Below are positions 57,175 through 64,000 of a stretch of 64,000 nt of DNA, piece after piece. The position numbers and the translations under genes are program-made. The stretch's first letter is position 1; each line of letters opens with the position of its first letter. The notes under the pieces were generated by a model. It made no database searches. It was not told where the DNA came from and saw only the letters and a list, made by a program, of their open reading frames with translations. This DNA is from Klebsormidium nitens (taxonomy: Eukaryota; Plantae; Klebsormidiophyceae), in the NCBI GenBank assembly GCA_000708835.1, contig DF236983.1, positions 62,001 to 126,000 on the forward strand, in the 5' to 3' direction.

Positions 57175-60100
57175 ATGGCTCCTTTAGGCGTGCTGGAGCG
57201 CAGCACAACTTCAAGAGCTGCCTTTAAAAACTCGCCATTGGTAGCATGCAACTCCTCAACAGACAGCGTCTTTCTTTGGAAGCGCCATGGGTGGATGCGT
57301 TCCAGCCCCCATTGGCATGTGTGCTTAGCTCCGCGGAAGCGCGCCCAATGTGTTTTGGGAGCTGAGAAGGTGGGTTTATCACGTTGTTGCCCAATTGCCC
57401 TCTCAAGTGAACCACTTCCGCTCCGAAAAAGAGGTTCTGGTCCTTCTCAGGCATGCAATTGTTGGGACTGACAGGTTTCAATCTCAAGCTGATGGATTTT
57501 TACTTTTCCTTTTGATTTCGGTGGAAGCAGCACGGGAGCAGCACATGCTGCATTAGATGCTCGCTGCCCACTGAGCTGCCAGATCATTGTCCCTCTCGAC
57601 CCTGACAGTTTCCATCTTCTACTCAGCAATTTTTGGTCTAGGCGCATGCACCACCTTTCTTTTGGACACTGGACGTGCCCTTCTGTGTGCAGCAAGCTTC
57701 GTCCTTCGCTCGCCCCATTCGCCCCAAGAAGCCCACCGAGATGGATCCTCTCCGTGCGAAAGCTACTCCTGCGGGCAACTCGCAGACCGAGTGAGTTTCC
57801 AAGCCTGGTACAACTAACGCCTTTTTGAAGCCATGTCTGTTTGCAAGTAAGAGTTTGTTTACTTGATCTAGATAATGTTGCAGCCTGCATGGCTCAGCCC
57901 TCTCAGTGTTGCAATCCAGAAAGCAAGCTGGGAGAGTGAATCTATTCATATACATGATGGCAAGCTTGGATTTACAAATCTGGACATCGGTTATCTTTTG
58001 TTGGGCGATGGTCCTCTGAAAGCTAGCGCAATGCTGGTGGCACCACGTATGGATATTCGCTTTCACCAAGCTGATCAAATCAAATTGAAAAATCGTTTTC
58101 CAAGCTTGGCTTCATCAGTGATCCTGCACCACTCAGTATAGTGTACTGCACAGAAGGGCACCACAGAAGCAGCGTTGGCATGGCTTAGTCAAGTCAGTGA
58201 CTCTCACATACCATGTTCTTTGCATCACAGAAGCGCCCCTTCGCAGCTTCCCCTGAAGCCCCTGGTTGTGGTGGGTTCAATCAATGCTGACATCTATGTC
58301 GAGGTTGACCGATTGCCGAAGCCAGGGGAGACTTTGGCAGCCGGCAGCGGGTATACTCTGCCTGGGGGGAAAGGAGCAAACCAAGCGGCGTGCGCAGCGA
58401 AGCTGGGGTATCCGACTTACTTTGTGGGTCAGGTGAGAACCCCAACAATTTGATTGCTTTAAAGAGTCCGCCGAGCGGGGTTAAGAAGCTATATAAACAA
58501 AGGCACCTCAGGCTGCGAATGAATCAGGACTAAACCAGGCACCATCTGGACTGATCCCATGACTGACACAGTCGGGGCTGGTCAGCGTATAGCTCCCTAC
58601 TAAATGCAGACGTGAGCTTTTGGAACATGTTTTCGCAGCTGTGGATTGGCTCCTCTTGAGACTTCGGGAGAGGCGGAATGCAACGGACCAATACCAATCG
58701 CACTGGCACGCTGTGTGGCATGGCAGTAGAATGCATTCGCTTGATGCAGCATGTCAATCAACTCAAGAGTAGGACCAAGGAGAACCTCAACAATGAGTGC
58801 AGACAACAAAGACAAGTCTCTCTCCCTGGAGATGAAATTCTCTCTTTCCAGAAGGGCCATTCAAGCTTCCAAGAACCCCCAGAACCAAAAACCTGATTCT
58901 CTCAGGTGGGTGAGGACGGCCAAGCGATTATGCTCCGCGACGAGCTCCAGCAGTGCGGCGTGCGGACCGACCACCTGCGGTCAGTTTCCGGGCCCTCCGG
59001 CCAGGCCATCGTGATGCTCCAACCGGGCGGCCAAAACTCGATCATCATCGTGGGCGGGGCAAACACAGCGTGGCCGGAGCTTTCCCCCGGGCAGCGGTTG
59101 ACGAGCGAAGCTAGGAGTTTGATACGCGGAGCGGGCGCGGTGCTGCTGCAGCGGGAGGTGCCAGAGGAGATCAACTTGGAGGCGGCCGCAGTGAGTTGCG
59201 ATGCTGTCGGATTTAAGAGTCATTGTGAGTTGAAGAACGAAACGGATACTGAACGGAATGTGAAATATGAAAATGAATGCAGGTGGAAGCCGAGCTGAGT
59301 GAGACTGGTAAAGGTCGACATGGGTGCAAAACGTTACTTCGGTGCGACTCGAGCATTCAATCGCACTCCCGGATACAAGATCAGCTGCAAGATTTGTCAC
59401 TTTATTGCGCGAACCTTTCGAGAAACACTCGAGTGTAGGTCGGTTCGCCCAATTCTTCTTATAAGAGGCTCCTGCTGAAAGACCAAGGGTTTCTTTCTAC
59501 CTTCCCAGCCGGCAGAACACGGGACCGTTGAAAATCTTCTGGACCTTAGAAAGCTGTTTTAAATGTTGCCCAGATCCTCCTTGTCATTTGTAGCAGGCGA
59601 GGGACTGAAATGCGTCCCGGAAGACCAGTTCTAAGTTGATGCGTACTGTTGGGGCACTCGAAATGGAACATTCCTACCGGTCGAGGACTGCTCATACAAT
59701 GAGCTCAAAAGTCACACAGCCAGAACTATTATTTTCCACACGATGGGTCAATCCCCTGGACGCTTTGCACCTAGTCAGCAGAACTAGGTGCGAAGCTTTT
59801 CTCAGTGGGCCGTCCTCTGCAGGTGGCCGAGTCCGCGGGCGTGACGGTGGTCCTCGATTGCGGGGGCGCGGACGGCCCCGTGTCCGAAGCGCTTCTCCAA
59901 AAGGTGTCCGTCATCAGTCCGAACGAGACGGAGCTCGCGCGCCTCACGGGACGGCCGACGGACACGCCGGATGAGGTCAATGGCGCGGCGGGTCTTCTGA
60001 AACGACAACAGGCAAGCGAAGCCGAGCTGAACGGTGGCTTGAATCTGTCGGGTCGAGCTGTGTTTACCAGGGACACCTCATTACTTCTGGGTCGGGTTAC

Positions 60101-61209
60101 CCGTTGGCATTTCACGTGTGTGTTAAAATTCTTCGAGTTGTCGATCCCCTTGGCCTCATTGACAGCCGTTGCTGATAAGACTAAGGCTCGAAAATGGTCG
60201 AAGGCGGATTCTAGTATGTCGTGTGCGAATGGAAGTCAAAATGACCATCTCGACCAATCAATACATCCGACCCTTCAATCAGTTGATAAAGATGACAACT
60301 GAGGTTGCGATTCTACTTTTGCCCTGTCTGGCGTGTTGCATTTACGTGGTCTCCAGTGTTCAGATTGATTCGAACGCAGCGAAAGCATCTCAACAGGGGT
60401 GTCACGCCCAGCATATTTCCAGTTCTTCCGACCTCTTCTTGCTCACCATTTCCGTTCGTAATGTCACCTTTTAACGCATCTTCTTCCTATCTGCAGCACT
60501 TATCCGTGCTCGTCAAGCTGGGCGAACAAGGCTCCCTTCTGTTCCCCGCTGTCGGAGAGCCCCTCCGGCAACCGGCCGTTCCCGCTCCGTCAGTTGTCGA
60601 CACCACGGGGGCCGGAGACACTTTCACGGCGGCGTATGCCGTTGCCACGTTGGAGGGGAGGTCGTCCAAAGACGCCCTCGCGTTTGCGGGTACGTCGGAA
60701 GCGCTCCCCCTGTCTTGGTTAGAGAGTTTGGTTTGGAGAATCTCGAGAAGATCAGCGAAATCAGCGCTGAGCCGCTATGGAGCTGCGTGGCCCAAATGTG
60801 CCAGCTTTTTATGAGTATGCTTCTGCCGAACCGATTGCTGCGTCCATCCCTGGCAGGAGAGTCGATCTCGTTAGTTCACTATGTTTCACCGTGCTGCGTT
60901 TCTCTCAACTTCTTCGAAAGTTTGTAGAGGGGTACACTATTTCAGAGCGAGATAGCACGTGGTAGTGATGCGTCGTTTCCCATCCGATTCTCAATTGTCG
61001 CTATCCAAATTGCCACGTTATTAACCGTGCCAGTCTTCCACTGGCGTTTCCGCGTTCTTGCTTGTCAAAGTTGGAGGCTAACACTCTTGTTCATTTTTCT
61101 GCCAGCTCTCTGCGCCTCTCTGTGCGTCCGCTCCAAAGGGGCGATGCCCAGCATGCCAGACCGGGCCACCGTCGATAAGGAGCTCAAAGCAACTCAAGCC
61201 GTTGCTTGA
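57175..61209 (+). CDS. RBSK: Ribokinase (pfkB family) with probable plastid transit peptide
   Basis: Exons 57175-57369 and 57642-57790 (tentative, phase-compatible), 58231-58432, 58906-59190, 59823-60011, 60497-60689, 61106-61209. Motifs: VVVGSINAD, PGGKGANQA, LLQREVP, PNETEL, VDTTGAGDTF, KGAMPSMP. Confidence 0.92.
60012..60496 (+). other. Non-canonical GC-AG intron in ribokinase
   Basis: CAACAG|GCAAGC donor and CTGCAG|CAC acceptor join LLKRQQ to HLSVLVKLG in frame. Confidence 0.65.
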
Positions 61210-62578
61210 AAGCCCGGGATGAAGTTGGTGCTGCAAGAAGAATATGAAATAAACTCAGAAGCGCGCCGAATTTACAAAAACTGGGGGCTTAGATTTCGTG
61301 CTTACTTTCCTGTACGTGCGCACGCGTGATAAGGCCGTTCAAAGGTGCTTAGCTCTTTTGCAAAAGTTGACTTCCGAAGACAGAAAAGTACCCGCGCAAA
61401 TTGCAGATTTCGACGTTTCGACTCGGTTCCTGAAGCTTCGAGCCGGTCTTCTCACATACACTTAACGATTCGAACTTCGCAAGGTTGCTCGCTGCTTCAC
61501 ATTCACACATCCTCGCATCAACGTCGCCCACTTGCTTTAGCTCCATTCTGGTCGTCCTTGCTAAGACACAATCCAGTACATCAATGACTGCTGCTGAGCG
61601 CAACCAAAACAATCACTAGGACGGATCCCGCGTCCTAATGATTATGCTCGCATGGGCTTCTATGTATTATCCCCTTGTTACGCGCGTAGGGTGGGAAACA
61701 GGTGTCTCATATGTTGTACGAGTGACAGCTCTAGCTTGGCATTCGATCTTGTGAATAGTAGATCCCGGCAGAAGGCGATCTGCGATTTGATCCGTTGAAG
61801 TTGGACCTGCAAGGATCTAAGCGCAGAATTACATGCATTCGAACACGCCAAATGACCATGTGGTGACATTCTATGGCCGGCCGGCACCAGATCATTGTCG
61901 GCAGTCGGGCAGCCGCCAGCCCATATCACGACATCATTGCTCGCGCACAGTATTGTAGGCGGGAGGATCGGATGGCCGCGGCAATCCGACTGACCGCCTT
62001 TCTTCAAACGTCTGATGTATGAAAGGTTATGCACAGCGAAGTTGCCAAGATGAATATACGACATGTTGAGTCACTCCGCTTCACAGCTCTTTAGCTCTTT
62101 ATAGATAGTTTGCAAACCGACCGGCCTTCAAAGATACCTCAAAAGATCCTTAAAAACAACCAGCGCACAAGCTGGCCGCACCCCCAGCACGTAAACTGGA
62201 AAGGGGCAAACCCCAGCCGCCGGGCGGCCGCTGCAAAACCACAATGAGGCCCGTCGACTGCGGGCCGCGTGCAGCCTCCGACCGTCGGTCCTCATGTATG
62301 ATCTGGCGGCCGCGCAGGCTAAGCGCCCGTCAAAAAGTCCCGCGGCCGGGCCGCGCCCGCGGTTCGGATCAGTAGATCCAGAACCCCGAGCCTCAGCTTC
62401 TGGTGGTCGAAGCGGCGGCCGCACCTCGCGCTCAGATGAACAAAGGCAAGAGCAGAAACTTGCTCCTAATCAATTTGCAAGATCGCTTAAGACGAGAGCA
62501 TACTTACTATAGTCTTGTAGTAGCCTGTCCCGCCAAATTCTCCATCGTACCAGCTATTATCTTCCCAGGGAGGGTTGG

Positions 62579-63586
62579 ATGGCGAGGTGTCATGAAGCAA
62601 GCGCTTTTGAGGCGCTGTATCCTGAGCTTATAGACCACATTCTTGAGAAAGTTGTAGCCGAAGGTGGATCCGGATGGGAGAATCTCGCACCGGTAAACAA
62701 AGCCTTCTTGGACTCTTTTCGCCGCTGCAGCACAATTCTGGTGATCAGGAGAACGGAGAGACACGCAATAAAACCAGAGTTGTTGAGATCGGACCTGCGC
62801 CTAGACGCCTTGTCTGAAAGGCAGAAGAAGGCTAGATCCAAAGCTCGTGTTAAAGAAATTGGACTGCGGCCGGCCCTTTCAAAACTAGTCATATTTGAAA
62901 GACCAGCTTCAAAGGAGCTTACGTCAGCCTTGTCCCAAATCCACTGGAGCAGCGTGACGACGCATCGTTGTGACGTGTGGCATCTTTTCAAGTATCTCTC
63001 TGGGTCCAAGTTCTCCCTGAAGAAGCTGGATCTGAACGTTATAACTGCAGGGGCATACCTTCCCCGCCGTGATGTTCACGACGACATCCAGCGCATTGTG
63101 CACGCTTTCCCAGCCTTAGAGAGCCTCAACCTCCACGTCACCGACGAGTGTAGCTACTCAGTCGAAGGGCCCTGGAGACCTGGCACTACTCTCAATAAAC
63201 TTACGGACTTGGCAATCTCAGGCGTTACTTTCTCACCTTGGTGGGATGCTCTCAGGGCTCTGCCGGCGGGTCTTACTGGCCTATCCAAGCTTGCTTTCCA
63301 ATGTGACGACAAGTCTAGTTCCATCCTTCCTCCAGAAGTGGACATTTGTTGCTTTGGCTTCACGTGCCTCCAGACACTCTCGCTAGAGGTTCGAACCCTG
63401 CATTCGACTGCTGCGGTGCTTGAGAGCGTGACAGAGCATTGTCCGTATTTGCGCGACCTCCAGGTCTGTGCCATTCCCCAAGGTTTCGAGCGCGTCACAG
63501 CACCGGCATTCGAGAAGAAGCTTCATCTATCAGCACTCGTCAAGAGCTGTCCAACGCTAGAGCGGCTCGTAATCAGCTGGGGTTAA
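62579..63586 (+). CDS. F-box/LRR-like protein (335-aa ORF; a 3' exon near 63631-63886 is possible)
   Basis: FEALYPELIDHILEKV...LAPVNKAF (F-box-like), then LKKLDL, LESLNL, LTDLAI, LSKLAF, LQTLSL, CPYLRDLQV, CPTLERL (RNI-type LRR pattern); no intron within the ORF. Confidence 0.65.
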   Translation: MARCHEASAFEALYPELIDHILEKVVAEGGSGWENLAPVNKAFLDSFRRCSTILVIRRTERHAIKPELLRSDLRLDALSERQKKARSKARVKEIGLRPALSKLVIFERPASKELTSALSQIHWSSVTTHRCDVWHLFKYLSGSKFSLKKLDLNVITAGAYLPRRDVHDDIQRIVHAFPALESLNLHVTDECSYSVEGPWRPGTTLNKLTDLAISGVTFSPWWDALRALPAGLTGLSKLAFQCDDKSSSILPPEVDICCFGFTCLQTLSLEVRTLHSTAAVLESVTEHCPYLRDLQVCAIPQGFERVTAPAFEKKLHLSALVKSCPTLERLVISWG

Positions 63587-64000
63587 GTTTTAGCGCCTAG
63601 AGACTTCTTAAGCCTTCTCCTCACCCGTAGGTTTGAAACAGATGCTCCTTATATGGTGTACCGGGTTGTTCTCTTGTCGATTATAGCTCTTCTCAGAGAA
63701 AGCTCTATGGAAGCAGAGCTCCTGGAGCTGTCTACCTCGTTGAAGATTGTATCGCTTTTCCGCTTCGTCGTACCAGCTGGCTCGCCCTGGTCTTGCCTGC
63801 GCCTAGACGATCCGCAGTTCAAGAAGTGGTTGCTGGGAGAGCAATGGGACAAACAACTCTGGTGCCAGACATTTTGCAGGGGGTAACGTCTGAATGGGCG
63901 ACTTCGATGTTTTTTCTGTATATATGCCAGCTTCAGGCCTTTCCGAAGCAGGCCGTCTGTTCACAACCTTTGCTCAACGAATCAGGATGTTAAAGACTGG

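Noticed and set aside
37547-61209. TyrA-PEPC-reductase-ribokinase neighbourhood as a metabolic gene cluster
   Set aside because: No shared pathway links all four, and adjacency of primary-metabolism genes is expected in a gene-dense genome; no co-expression evidence.
61678-62064. 128-aa minus-strand ORF between ribokinase and the F-box gene
   Set aside because: No recognisable motif or exon-like codon bias; cannot be supported without a homology search.
1-64000. Search for a histone gene, histone 3' stem-loop, tRNA, rRNA or snoRNA
   Set aside because: None recognised by eye; a covariance-model scan would be needed to exclude small RNAs in introns.

Overview
Gene-dense eukaryotic genomic window with GC3-rich exons, many 300-1000 bp GT-AG introns and one 588-N gap. 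Gene content and intron style point to a green plant-lineage alga, most plausibly a Klebsormidium-like streptophyte (inference, not verified). Genes in order: 3' half of a full-size ABCG/PDR transporter (+), an intronless F-box/LRR-like gene (-), a histone stem-loop-binding protein SLBP (+), a SnRK/MARK-like Ser/Thr kinase with a ~670-aa N-terminal extension (-), UTP21/WDR36 (-), arogenate dehydrogenase (+), plant-type PEP carboxylase (+), a frameshifted F-box pseudogene just downstream of a MITE, an NmrA/isoflavone-reductase-like gene (-), plastid-type ribokinase (+), and a second F-box/LRR-like ORF (+). Most notable observations: (1) recurrent 'splice-junction echoes', i.e. degenerate tandem copies (about 100-150 bp period) of an exon edge plus its splice site lying inside the adjacent intron, at six or more sites in two genes; several keep intact splice signals, and one array appears to have broken the assembly; (2) an intact SLBP, a protein land plants lack; (3) an in-frame upstream ATG giving PEPC a mitochondrial-presequence-like N-terminus. 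All gene models were built by eye from splice signals and protein-family recall, with no database searches or RNA data.
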